From positions 28,473 to 92,472 of the forward strand of contig JACPNK010000005.1 of assembly GCA_016185525.1 (NCBI GenBank): a stretch of DNA of 64,000 nt. Direction: 5' to 3'. Shown piece after piece: positions 55,538 through 64,000 of this stretch. The position numbers and the translations under genes were made by a program. The notes beneath the pieces were generated by a model that saw nothing but the letters and a program-made list of their open reading frames with translations, did no database searches and was not told the origin of the DNA. This DNA comes from Candidatus Yanofskybacteria bacterium. Lineage in GTDB: Bacteria; Patescibacteriota; Minisyncoccia; 2-02-FULL-40-12; IGHO2-12-FULL-4. The stretch's first letter is position 1; each line of letters opens with the position of its first letter.

Positions 55538-56917
55538 ATGGCAACAAATCCTCCTCCTTCAAATTTACCGATAGCAAAAGATTCAGAGTCAACCCCTCAA
55601 TTGCCGCCTGTCCGTCCAGCAGACGGGCCTCTAGCTTCTTTGCCTACCCGTCCGGCCCGCCTGCCGGACGGGCAGGCAGGCGGGCCTGTATTACAACCGC
55701 CAAAACCAACGACCCCAGTTACTATTCCGATACCAGTCGTACCCAAACCTCCGCTAACCGCTACTCCACTTCCACCAATCATCACCCCTTCTGCTAAAAG
55801 TTCACCTAACACTTTGTCCCCCATCCTTCCACGACCAGTCCAACCTGGTCTAGGAACCAGCAACATTAGCGCCAAATCCTCCATTAGAACCATGGAAAGT
55901 GACATTAAATCTGTTGGTCAAGGAGCTCCGGCAAAGGGTGTTGAAGTAATCATACCCAAATCCACACCTCTACCGTCTATTGGCCAACCTGAATCTGACA
56001 GGTTACCAAAAAAGCCACTACCGCCTTCGGCAAGTGTAAGTATTGCCGGAGCAGAAAAACGTTCCGTACTTCCTAATGTCAGACCATTTATTCCAGAACA
56101 AGTCAAGGATAAGCCTGCTACATCAGCGGAAATTGCCGTACCGCCCAAAAAGACCCAAATATTCAGCCGCTGGACTCTAATTGCAATTATTGTTCTTGCG
56201 GTTTTAGGAAGCGGCGGGTACTGGTTCTACTTCTTAAGAGAAGGCGAAACTCCTGCCACCGTCTCTTCGCCGACTCCCACTTTCAAGCCCGATTTTCTTA
56301 AACCGCTAAAAACAATTTTTACCGCTAATGATTCGGTTATCATCCCCGACCTTGCTTCCATAGAAAACTTGGAACCGCTTAACTTAGCCTTATCTCAAAT
56401 AGTGATAAGCGAAGGTTCAAAAAATTTATTTTTAGAACCCAAAAATGAAGCTGAAGAACCCATAGCTTTTTCAAGCTTTGCCAGCAGATTCCTTGGCAAC
56501 TCAAACCAGAGCCTTCTTGGTAACATAACAGATAAAAGATTTGGTTTGGTAATATCGCGCCAGCAAGAAAAGTTTGACTTTCTGGGCGAACCGGTTTTGG
56601 GAGCAGAGTTGGAAACCAGAACCGCTTTGATTGTTGAGGTTACAGATGCAATTTCTGCCAAAACAGCCATGTCGGAATGGGAGCAAATCCTCCCGGAAGC
56701 TTTATTGGATTTCTTTCAGATTACAGATGAATCGGACCAAATCTCTTTTGATGACAACATATACCGAGACGTGGGTATACGATTTATGAACTTTCCTTCA
56801 CCCGACAGATCCATAGATTATGCTTTTGTTTCCTCGGCGACGGGTAGCACCTACCTTGTAATCGCTAACTCTCGTGAGCAAATATACTCAATTACCGATA
56901 CTCTTTTAGGATTTTAA
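55538..56917 (+). CDS. Membrane protein with long Pro-rich N-terminal region
   Basis: Pro-rich 200 aa with IRTMESDI, single TM, C-terminal domain FDD.IYR...IRF. Confidence 0.75.
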   Translation: MATNPPPSNLPIAKDSESTPQLPPVRPADGPLASLPTRPARLPDGQAGGPVLQPPKPTTPVTIPIPVVPKPPLTATPLPPIITPSAKSSPNTLSPILPRPVQPGLGTSNISAKSSIRTMESDIKSVGQGAPAKGVEVIIPKSTPLPSIGQPESDRLPKKPLPPSASVSIAGAEKRSVLPNVRPFIPEQVKDKPATSAEIAVPPKKTQIFSRWTLIAIIVLAVLGSGGYWFYFLREGETPATVSSPTPTFKPDFLKPLKTIFTANDSVIIPDLASIENLEPLNLALSQIVISEGSKNLFLEPKNEAEEPIAFSSFASRFLGNSNQSLLGNITDKRFGLVISRQQEKFDFLGEPVLGAELETRTALIVEVTDAISAKTAMSEWEQILPEALLDFFQITDESDQISFDDNIYRDVGIRFMNFPSPDRSIDYAFVSSATGSTYLVIANSREQIYSITDTLLGF

Positions 56918-56921
56918 CACC

Positions 56922-56941
56922 TTATCAACACCTGTTGATAA
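56922..56941. promoter_or_regulatory. Inverted pair of DnaA-box-like 9-mers
   Basis: TTATCAACA-cc-TGTTGATAA; same variant as in the oriC region. Confidence 0.5.
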
Positions 56942-57038
56942 CTCTCGTTGACTTTTTTTATTTAACCTGATACCCTAAATGTAGATCTTTATCTGGTTGC
57001 CACCGCTTTTATGGGGCAACCGGTACCATTTTATTTTT

Positions 57039-57094
57039 AGGGCACTTGCCTGCTCAAGTAAGTTATTTTGATAGGCGATAGTGCCCTTTTTTTT
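57039..57094 (+). terminator. Terminator-like hairpin upstream of the dksA-like gene
   Basis: AGGGCACT-TGCCT...AGGCG-at-AGTGCCCT-TTTTTTT. Confidence 0.6.
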
Positions 57095-57131
57095 GTTTTT
57101 TCTAGATTTGTGTTAACCTTAGTTGTTATTT

Positions 57132-57506
57132 ATGACCAAAGATGAACAACAAAAACTTTTAGAGAGCCTGCGAAAAGAAGAAGCTGAAATCCTAACCGAA
57201 TTGGCAACTTTCGCAAAAAAAGATCCTAATACAGAGGATGACTTTATAGTCCCCTTTCCCAACGAAGGCACAGGAATTGATGAAAATGCCAGAGAAATAG
57301 AGGAGTTTGAAAGACTTAATATACTTAAAAACAATCTTGTAACCAGGCTAAGGGATGTAAGGGCTACAATCAGAAAAATCAAGGAAGGGATTTACGGCCA
57401 GTGCGAAACTTGTTCTTCAAAAATCATTTCAACCCGCTTAAAAGTCATGCCCATAGCCAGATTCTGCATAGATTGTGCCAATAAACAAAGGACTAAATCT
57501 TCATAA
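57132..57506 (+). CDS. TraR/DksA C4-type zinc finger protein
   Basis: Coiled coil, GIYGQCETC...RLKVMPIARFCIDC. Confidence 0.88.
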   Translation: MTKDEQQKLLESLRKEEAEILTELATFAKKDPNTEDDFIVPFPNEGTGIDENAREIEEFERLNILKNNLVTRLRDVRATIRKIKEGIYGQCETCSSKIISTRLKVMPIARFCIDCANKQRTKSS

Positions 57507-57517
57507 TAGAAAAAGTT

Positions 57518-59059
57518 ATGTCTGTGGTTGTTTCATCGGCCGCTCTAAGCGGTTTGGAGGCTGTAAAAATTGATGTAGAAGTTGATTCTTTTCCCGGTTT
57601 ACATTTTTTCAATATCGTTGGTCTACCGGACAAAAGCGTTGAAGAGTCAAAAGATAGGCTGGACTCAGCTATTAGAAATAGCGGTCTTGTTAACCCAAAA
57701 TCTAAAAATTTAAGAATAATAGTCAATCTGGCCCCGGCAAATATAAAAAAAGAGGGCTCGTCGTTTGACCTGCCAATTACCATAGGTTATCTGGCCGCAA
57801 CGTCACAAATTAAGTTAGACCCAAAGAAAGCTCGCCTTTTTGCAGGCGAGCTTTCTTTGGATGGCTCTTTAAGACCAGTCAATGGTATTCTGTCCATGGC
57901 AATTTTGGCCCATAAAATGGGCTTTTATGAGATCTTGGTACCCAAATCAAACGCCAAAGAAGCGGCACTGGTCAACAACATAAAAGTTGTTGGTGTGAAT
58001 AACTTGAAAGAACTAGTTTCATACCTAAAAAGTGAGATTGAAATTGAGCCTGAAAAACAAACTCCGTGGAATCAAGTTGGTCACAATAATCAGGAAAGTG
58101 ACTATGACTTTGCAAATATTAAAGGTCAGGAAGGGGCAAAAAGAGCCCTTTTGGTAGCCGCGGCAGGCGGACACAATATTTTGATGTTTGGACCACCGGG
58201 GTCAGGAAAAACAATACTGGCAAGGGCTTTAGCCACAATTTTGCCTTCCATGAGCCGTGAAGAAGCCATAGATGTCACGAAAATATACAGTGTTGCCGGT
58301 TTAACCAAAGAAAAACCATTCATAAACCAAAGACCGTTCAGAAGCCCGCACCACACTGTTTCAGCCCCAGGAATCATAGGCGGAGGTTCTATCCCCCATC
58401 CTGGAGAAATCAGCTTGGCGCACCGAGGAGTGCTTTTTCTGGACGAACTGCCGGAATTTCAAAGAAATGTATTAGAATCCCTAAGACAGCCTCTAGAGGA
58501 GGGCTGTGTTACAGTTGCCAGAGCCTCCGGTTCAAGCCATTTTCCGGCAAGATTTATGCTTGTAGCCTCCATGAACCCCTGCCCTTGCGGAAATTTTGGC
58601 AGTGAGACAGAAGTCTGTCTTTGCCCGCCAGTAAATGTTGTCCGATATAAGAAAAAAATCTCCGGCCCGCTTTTAGACCGGATAGATATTCAGTTTTATG
58701 TTTCGCGCGAAACATTTGCTAATCTTAAAGACACCAATTCTTCAGAATCTTCGTTAGAATTAAGGAAAAAGGTTGAAAAAGCAAGAGAAATTCAGGCCGA
58801 AAGACTAAAAAAATTTAACATTCTCACTAATTCCGAAGTTAGTTTTAAGAACGTACAAAAAATTTGTAATTTGACACCGGAAGCAGAATTAATACTCGGC
58901 AGATTTGTTGAAAAACATGGAATTTCGGGCAGGGGCTATCACCGAATGTTAAAAATAAGCCGGACGATAGCCGATTTAGAGAATAGCAACACTATAACCG
59001 CCAATCATATTAAAGAAGCGGTTAGTTTTAGACTTCATGATCTAGGGAAAATGTCATAG
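57518..59059 (+). CDS. comM: ComM/YifB Mg-chelatase-like AAA+ helicase
   Basis: IVGLPD..V.ES, NLAPA..KKEG..FDLPI, GPPGSGKT, FRSPHH, GEISLAHRGVLFLDE, NPCPCG. Confidence 0.95.
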   Translation: MSVVVSSAALSGLEAVKIDVEVDSFPGLHFFNIVGLPDKSVEESKDRLDSAIRNSGLVNPKSKNLRIIVNLAPANIKKEGSSFDLPITIGYLAATSQIKLDPKKARLFAGELSLDGSLRPVNGILSMAILAHKMGFYEILVPKSNAKEAALVNNIKVVGVNNLKELVSYLKSEIEIEPEKQTPWNQVGHNNQESDYDFANIKGQEGAKRALLVAAAGGHNILMFGPPGSGKTILARALATILPSMSREEAIDVTKIYSVAGLTKEKPFINQRPFRSPHHTVSAPGIIGGGSIPHPGEISLAHRGVLFLDELPEFQRNVLESLRQPLEEGCVTVARASGSSHFPARFMLVASMNPCPCGNFGSETEVCLCPPVNVVRYKKKISGPLLDRIDIQFYVSRETFANLKDTNSSESSLELRKKVEKAREIQAERLKKFNILTNSEVSFKNVQKICNLTPEAELILGRFVEKHGISGRGYHRMLKISRTIADLENSNTITANHIKEAVSFRLHDLGKMS

Positions 59060-59192
59060 CGCCAAAATTTGGCGCTAGTGCCATTTGGCACAGCGGTGGC
59101 GCGCCACTGCGCCATCCTCCGCCAACACTGCGCCACTTGGCGCGCTATGTGGCGCTCTGTTTGGCACAGTGGCGCTACTACCGGCGGCGCTA
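59059..59192. repeat. Dense cluster of TGGCRC/GYGCCA hexamers
   Basis: About 12 copies in both orientations within ~135 bp. Confidence 0.8.
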
Positions 59193-59400
59193 ACTTGACA
59201 CGAGTGATTGGGGAATTTTAGTAAATATTGCTTCTGGGTCGCTGTGAAGTTGCAAAGGCGAAGTTTCTTAGCCGGTGCTTTAGCCCGAATAGAATCGCCT
59301 GAGGGTTGCTTGGTTGCGAGCAGTTTAGCCGGAGGACAGTCCTCCGTTTGAGAAAAGAAGCAGCATCTCTAGGTTTTTGTAGAATGTTTCGTGCGAAACA

Positions 59401-60489
59401 CTAATACTTTGCCAGAGGGTTTTTGGCGCCGTGAACTTCAAAATGCAGGTGGCAGCCGGTAGAGCGTCCGGTTGTGCCCATAACAGCTATCTGCTGGCCT
59501 TTCTCTATTGATTCTCCTTGATTTACAAGGAGTTTGCTGGCATGAGCATAAATTGTTTCTGTGCCATTTGGGTGCACAAGTTTTATAAATTTACCAAACC
59601 CGCCATTCCAGCCGACAGCATCTGATATGGCCGCGACACCACCAGCCGCCGCGTAAATTGGCGTCCCGCAGCTATTGGCTATATCTACGCCATTTCTGCC
59701 GTGTATAATCCCCCAGTTTCTGCCGATAGCCGGAAGCATAAAAAAATCACTTAAATCGGGCAGATAAGCAAATCTTTTGGCTAAGGCTTGGCTTCCGGAG
59801 ACAGCAATACCACTAGATGACTTTTTGCCGTCAGGAATAATTAATTCGTCGTCAATTTGCAGTGAGCCGTCCTTGGGTAAAGCGTTAAATTCAATGATTT
59901 TGTCCTGTTCAGCTGCATATTTTTGGGCGACAGAAGTGATTGTATCTCCCTTTTTAACTTTGTGTATAACCCCATTTATGGGCGGTATTTTAAGCTCGTC
60001 ACCCGGCCTGATACTGTCAATATCCTTTAAATTATTGGCCCAGATAATAGTGTTTGTGCTGACACCAAAGTCAGAAGCAATAAAAGAAAGCGTATCGCCT
60101 TCCTGTACGGTGTAAATTGAAATTTGATCTCCCTTGCCCGAACCCTTAAAATCCGAAAAGTTATTTTCCAAAGAGTTAAAAGCCAGAAGAGAAGTCTGTT
60201 GCAAAGTGTTAACCGGACTTATTAAAAAATTTTGAGACTCCAAACTAATAAAAGAAGCCCAACTGTTGGCTTCTGCTAACTGCATTTTGCTTAGAATCTT
60301 TGAGGAAAGAGCCGATTCTTCAACATAATCCTTGACGGAATTAATTGATGTTTCGTCTTGGCCGTAAGTCAAAGAACCTCTGGCAAAAATCAACTGGCTG
60401 GAAAGAAAAACTGCTAAAAACAAAAAGAAAACGTCTTTTTGGCAAAAAGATTTAAAAACCCTTATCTTGTCCTCTTTGACTCGGACCAA
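59401..60489 (-). CDS. LysM x2 + M23 family peptidoglycan endopeptidase
   Basis: YTVQEGDTLS.IA, HKVKKGDT, HGRNGVDIA, YAH, GRSTGCHLHFEV. Confidence 0.92.
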   Translation of the reverse strand: MVRVKEDKIRVFKSFCQKDVFFLFLAVFLSSQLIFARGSLTYGQDETSINSVKDYVEESALSSKILSKMQLAEANSWASFISLESQNFLISPVNTLQQTSLLAFNSLENNFSDFKGSGKGDQISIYTVQEGDTLSFIASDFGVSTNTIIWANNLKDIDSIRPGDELKIPPINGVIHKVKKGDTITSVAQKYAAEQDKIIEFNALPKDGSLQIDDELIIPDGKKSSSGIAVSGSQALAKRFAYLPDLSDFFMLPAIGRNWGIIHGRNGVDIANSCGTPIYAAAGGVAAISDAVGWNGGFGKFIKLVHPNGTETIYAHASKLLVNQGESIEKGQQIAVMGTTGRSTGCHLHFEVHGAKNPLAKY

Positions 60490-60971
60490 CTTAGCGATAA
60501 TTTGAGCCGTAAAAGAGAAAGCTTTTTTTATGCGAGTACCAATGTTAAAGTTGTTATAGAATCGGCTACAACAGAGAAAAACTATATTTTAAAGCAAAAA
60601 TTCTCTGACGAGAATCACTTGATAATTGTAGTATTTTGAGGCTTTTATGTCAAAAAGTTGTCCACTGACGAGCTTGGCAAATACCGCTTCTTTGGTACGT
60701 TCGTCTGCTCCTGCCTGCCTGCCGGCAGGCAGGCGGCAGACTCACTCGCGCTGAAGTTGGGGTTTGCTCGCAGTTATAAGAATAATTATACTGCTCGCAA
60801 CCAAGCAACCCTCAACTTCAGAGCGACCGCAGAAGCGTGGAAGTTTCGCGCGAAACGCTACAACTAAAAAACATAAAATTTGTAAATATGTCTCTTTTGC
60901 AGTTGACGGCGACAGTCCGACACAAAAAAGAGATATATTTACAAATTTTGTAGTCACAGGTTGCAACAGAT

Positions 60972-61355
60972 ATGTCTAACGATAACAAAAAAATTGGTTT
61001 TCTGGGTGAGAATATCGCCGCCAAATACTTGGAAAGCAGGGGATATAGAATACTCGCCAGAAATTATCAAAAACCTTGGGGCGAGATAGACATCATCGCA
61101 GAAAAGGAAGGAGTAACTATCTTTTGCGAGGTCAAAACGAACAGTAAAGAATTTGGAAGCAGTTTTAGCCCGGAATTAAGGGTAAGCCCCAAAAAAGCCG
61201 GCCATATTATCAGAACTGCCAGACTTTTTTTAAACAATCAAAAGCAAAACAATGGAAAAGAGTGGCGAATTGACATCTTGTCTATAACAGTCAATAAACT
61301 TGACAGTAAGGCAAAGGTATTGCACTTTAAAAATGCTTTAGCGGATTCTCGTTGA
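60972..61355 (+). CDS. yraN: YraN family nuclease
   Basis: G..GE..AA.YL...GY.IL.RN....GEIDII....FCEVKT...RID. Confidence 0.92.
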   Translation: MSNDNKKIGFLGENIAAKYLESRGYRILARNYQKPWGEIDIIAEKEGVTIFCEVKTNSKEFGSSFSPELRVSPKKAGHIIRTARLFLNNQKQNNGKEWRIDILSITVNKLDSKAKVLHFKNALADSR

Positions 61356-61552
61356 CAAAACGGTTGACATCCAGAAAAACTAAGAATATGCTTGGTCAAG
61401 ACTACTGAAAAGAAAAGGGCAAATCCCAACAAAAAGCGGGGTTTTCGACTCTATTCCTAAGTAGATTGTGTTGTTCTTTGACAACATTTTTCTAACACTG
61501 GGTACTAGAATTGAAAACTCTGTTTTTTGTTTGTGCAAAGGAAGGAGGAAAA

Positions 61553-63256
61553 ATGAGACGCTTTTCGCTGGTTTTATGCTTGTCTGTCATTTTACTGACG
61601 GCCTGCGGGAAAAGTGTCCACCTTCCCGCTCCCGGACCCGAAAAAGAAAAACAAACGCAAGAACAAAAAGAAATAGCCAAACAAAAAAACTCTTTCTTAA
61701 ATAAACTCAACTCTTTGGAAAAGAGTTATCACCGCATAAATGGCAAGATGCTGGAAAAGAGAAGCAGGGGATACAACACTGCCGAGGCCGAAGCTATTTT
61801 GAGTGCTATACAAAAGAGTTTGTCCGAAGCCAAAGATTTGGCTTATTGGGAAAATTTTGAAGAGCTTAAGCTGAAAATTGAAGAGATAAAAATACTGGCT
61901 AAAAAGGCCGACTCTTTAATTAAATCAGCCCCCGAATTTGGCGATAAACCTATAAAAAAAGAGAAGATACAAAGAAAATACGGACTTGACGACCGAGAGC
62001 GGGTTAGAGAAATAAGAGGGGAGCCGGACAAGTTTAATAAGCATATCCGAACGCCATCAAGAGTTACACTTAGGATTTCCAACCCCACGCCGATGCTAAC
62101 CAGTTCTAACTGCTGGAGCGACTTTACACAGACTTTTGTGATAGAGAGTCCGCCGAATGTAGAAAGCTGGTATTATCCGGAAGATCAAATGCTCTATATT
62201 TTTATTGAGACCAACTCAATTGTTGACCAATTTATGTTAAGCAATGAGTTGCCAGATTCGGAAAGAGACAGACTGCTTGCCCAACTCTGCGTTGTGCAAA
62301 GTTACTCCGGGTACAAGCTTATCTATGCTGACGCACCGAAAACCGACGTCGGCCAAATCTTAGAACAGGTTTTTGGCGGAGCTTATCGTAGCGCTGATAT
62401 GTTTGGGGTTGGTGCTTTGGACCGTCTGGCTAAAGCCACAGCCGTTTTGCCTGACCTTTCCGTAGCTTCTGTAGCTTTCAATACCAAACTAGAGCCGCTT
62501 AATAGACAACAAAAGGAAGAGTTTGACAAGTTTACTGAATTTATAAACACTATTGATCCGGCCGTAGCCAATTTTTTGGCAGAGAACGAGGTTATCAGAA
62601 AATCTGACGAACCGGAAAATATAAAAGACAAAAAGACGAGAGAATTAATGAGTCGGCAATCCGTCAAAACAAAGAAGGCTCTTGAAGCTGTAAACAGGGT
62701 CTTTAAATGGCAAAGGACACTTGACCCTGAACTAAAAGATATTGAGCGCCTAACCAAGCTTTTTCCTGAAAAAGAAAAGGAAATTAAAGAGATTTTGGAA
62801 TTATTCAGCCAAAGTCTGGCCGGTTTATCTGACCAGTTTGAAGATCTCCGCAAAGAACTTCTGAAATTCAAAAACAGCGGTTTTTTGGAGCTGATTTTTC
62901 AAAAAGATTACCCGCCAGCGACCTTTTTTCTGCTGGAGGGCGTGCGTTTTGAAGAAAAAGAACTTGCCAACGGAGAAGTTGTTGAATTGCCTGACCTATC
63001 GGTAAAAATTACAATTGAATTAAAAACGAGCAAGAAAGAACCGCCAATACTGGTTAAAGAAATGCCGGAAATTAAAATTTCCACAGCTAACCAGTTTATA
63101 AACGCGGTCAGAGAATCGCGCCGTTTAACCAGTTTCGGTTTAACTTTTCCGACAACTCTTAATCCAGGAAACTATCTGATTACTTTTTTAATTAGCGACA
63201 ATCTAAGGGCAAAAACAGTCAAGCAAACCGTTAACTGGATAGTTTTACCCGATTAA
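61553..63256 (+). CDS. Hypothetical lipoprotein
   Basis: AAGGAGG RBS before ATG 61553; lipobox LTAC; coiled-coil N-terminal region. Confidence 0.7.
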   Translation: MRRFSLVLCLSVILLTACGKSVHLPAPGPEKEKQTQEQKEIAKQKNSFLNKLNSLEKSYHRINGKMLEKRSRGYNTAEAEAILSAIQKSLSEAKDLAYWENFEELKLKIEEIKILAKKADSLIKSAPEFGDKPIKKEKIQRKYGLDDRERVREIRGEPDKFNKHIRTPSRVTLRISNPTPMLTSSNCWSDFTQTFVIESPPNVESWYYPEDQMLYIFIETNSIVDQFMLSNELPDSERDRLLAQLCVVQSYSGYKLIYADAPKTDVGQILEQVFGGAYRSADMFGVGALDRLAKATAVLPDLSVASVAFNTKLEPLNRQQKEEFDKFTEFINTIDPAVANFLAENEVIRKSDEPENIKDKKTRELMSRQSVKTKKALEAVNRVFKWQRTLDPELKDIERLTKLFPEKEKEIKEILELFSQSLAGLSDQFEDLRKELLKFKNSGFLELIFQKDYPPATFFLLEGVRFEEKELANGEVVELPDLSVKITIELKTSKKEPPILVKEMPEIKISTANQFINAVRESRRLTSFGLTFPTTLNPGNYLITFLISDNLRAKTVKQTVNWIVLPD

Positions 63257-63328
63257 CCGAGGCCGAGGCTTTACAGCCTCTTTTTTTTGTGTTAATTTTT
63301 GCCAAGAACTTTAAAAAAGGAGAGATAA

Positions 63329-63979
63329 TTGAAACCACATACCAAAATCATTATTACTTTCTTAACTGTAATATTTGTTTTTAACTCTGGAATTTTCACC
63401 AAACCTTCTTTTGCGGCCAGTAAGTCGCAAGAAAGCCCACAACAAGAACCGGTGGCGATGACGATTAAGATAGTGGACGGTTTTTTCCATCACCTAGATT
63501 TGGAAAAAAAACTGATGTATGTCGCCATAGACAAAGATGGCAAAGTGCTTCAAAGCATCAATCTTCGCCAAATAGAATCCGTGTATCTCATCCAAGGCAG
63601 ACCGGAAAAACTCAAAGGGCTTTTAACCGGCGGTTCAATTGGGGCTGTTATCGGTTTTTCGTCTTTGTTTTGGCGAGACGTAGTCGGCCTTAACAAAAAC
63701 GACAAGACCACAGAAACCGCTGATAAAAATGGCAACAGAATTAATATCGCTGACTTAGCAATAAGAATCGGCGGCGGAGCGGGAGTCGGTCTCTTGGTCG
63801 GCTATTTCGGAAGGCAAGGCGAAGACGACATAAGACCTTTTCCTGTCTATGACCCGAGTATAAAACAAACTAACCCGCATCCCAGCATTAACTTTGGCGA
63901 TATTGGAAACTTATCAAAAATGCTTAGAGAGAAAGAATCTTTTGTCCATGTTACCCTGAAAGAAAGAGAAGAAAAATGA
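63329..63979 (+). CDS. Hypothetical secreted protein with glycine-zipper helices
   Basis: AAGGAG RBS before TTG; signal peptide (SFA); GGSIGAVIG and GGGAGVGLLVG. Confidence 0.65.
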   Translation: MKPHTKIIITFLTVIFVFNSGIFTKPSFAASKSQESPQQEPVAMTIKIVDGFFHHLDLEKKLMYVAIDKDGKVLQSINLRQIESVYLIQGRPEKLKGLLTGGSIGAVIGFSSLFWRDVVGLNKNDKTTETADKNGNRINIADLAIRIGGGAGVGLLVGYFGRQGEDDIRPFPVYDPSIKQTNPHPSINFGDIGNLSKMLREKESFVHVTLKEREEK

Positions 63980-64000
63980 GAAAAAGCTTGAAATTGTGCG

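Noticed and set aside
59200-59400. RNase P RNA or tmRNA
   Set aside because: No GAGGAAAGUCC P4 signature or tRNA-like ends; GGAGGACAGTCC is part of the REP-like palindrome
60439-61024. Several short overlapping ORFs upstream of yraN
   Set aside because: They arise from long hairpins (mirror-image peptides on both strands); no protein motif
61410-61480. GGGCAAA-containing leader as a c-di-GMP-I riboswitch
   Set aside because: The GNRA loop, GCAAA junction and second stem are not present
1-64000. Alternative genetic code (UGA=Gly) and the many antisense ORFs in the track
   Set aside because: Conserved genes are full length in code 11 and some end in TGA (e.g. ruvC, yraN); antisense ORFs are nested in well-supported genes

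Overview
This is a chromosomal window from a small-genome bacterium, most likely Patescibacteria/CPR (Parcubacteria-like). That assignment is inferred from gene content, the short YebC, the PrgI/VirB4/VirB6-like locus and the scarcity of Shine-Dalgarno motifs; the genetic code is standard code 11. The window spans the dnaA-dnaN-rpmH-rnpA-yidC origin region and housekeeping genes (tig, nusA, ruvB/C, tyrS, rsmA, uvrD/pcrA, cca, xer, rpsO, pnp). It also carries DNA-uptake genes (pilB, comEA, comM, yraN), a T4SS-like cluster, 7 tRNAs and two inteins. The most unusual features are: (1) an array between rpsO and pnp in which toxin-antitoxin pairs alternate with variable prepilin-leader surface proteins, joined by conserved DNA boxes that double as gene end plus promoter; (2) several promoter-driven structured non-coding regions; (3) a 155-nt dispersed element whose two copies show compensatory base changes; (4) palindromic elements sitting in frame inside protein genes; and (5) many leaderless promoters. 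All calls come from reading the sequence; no database searches were run.
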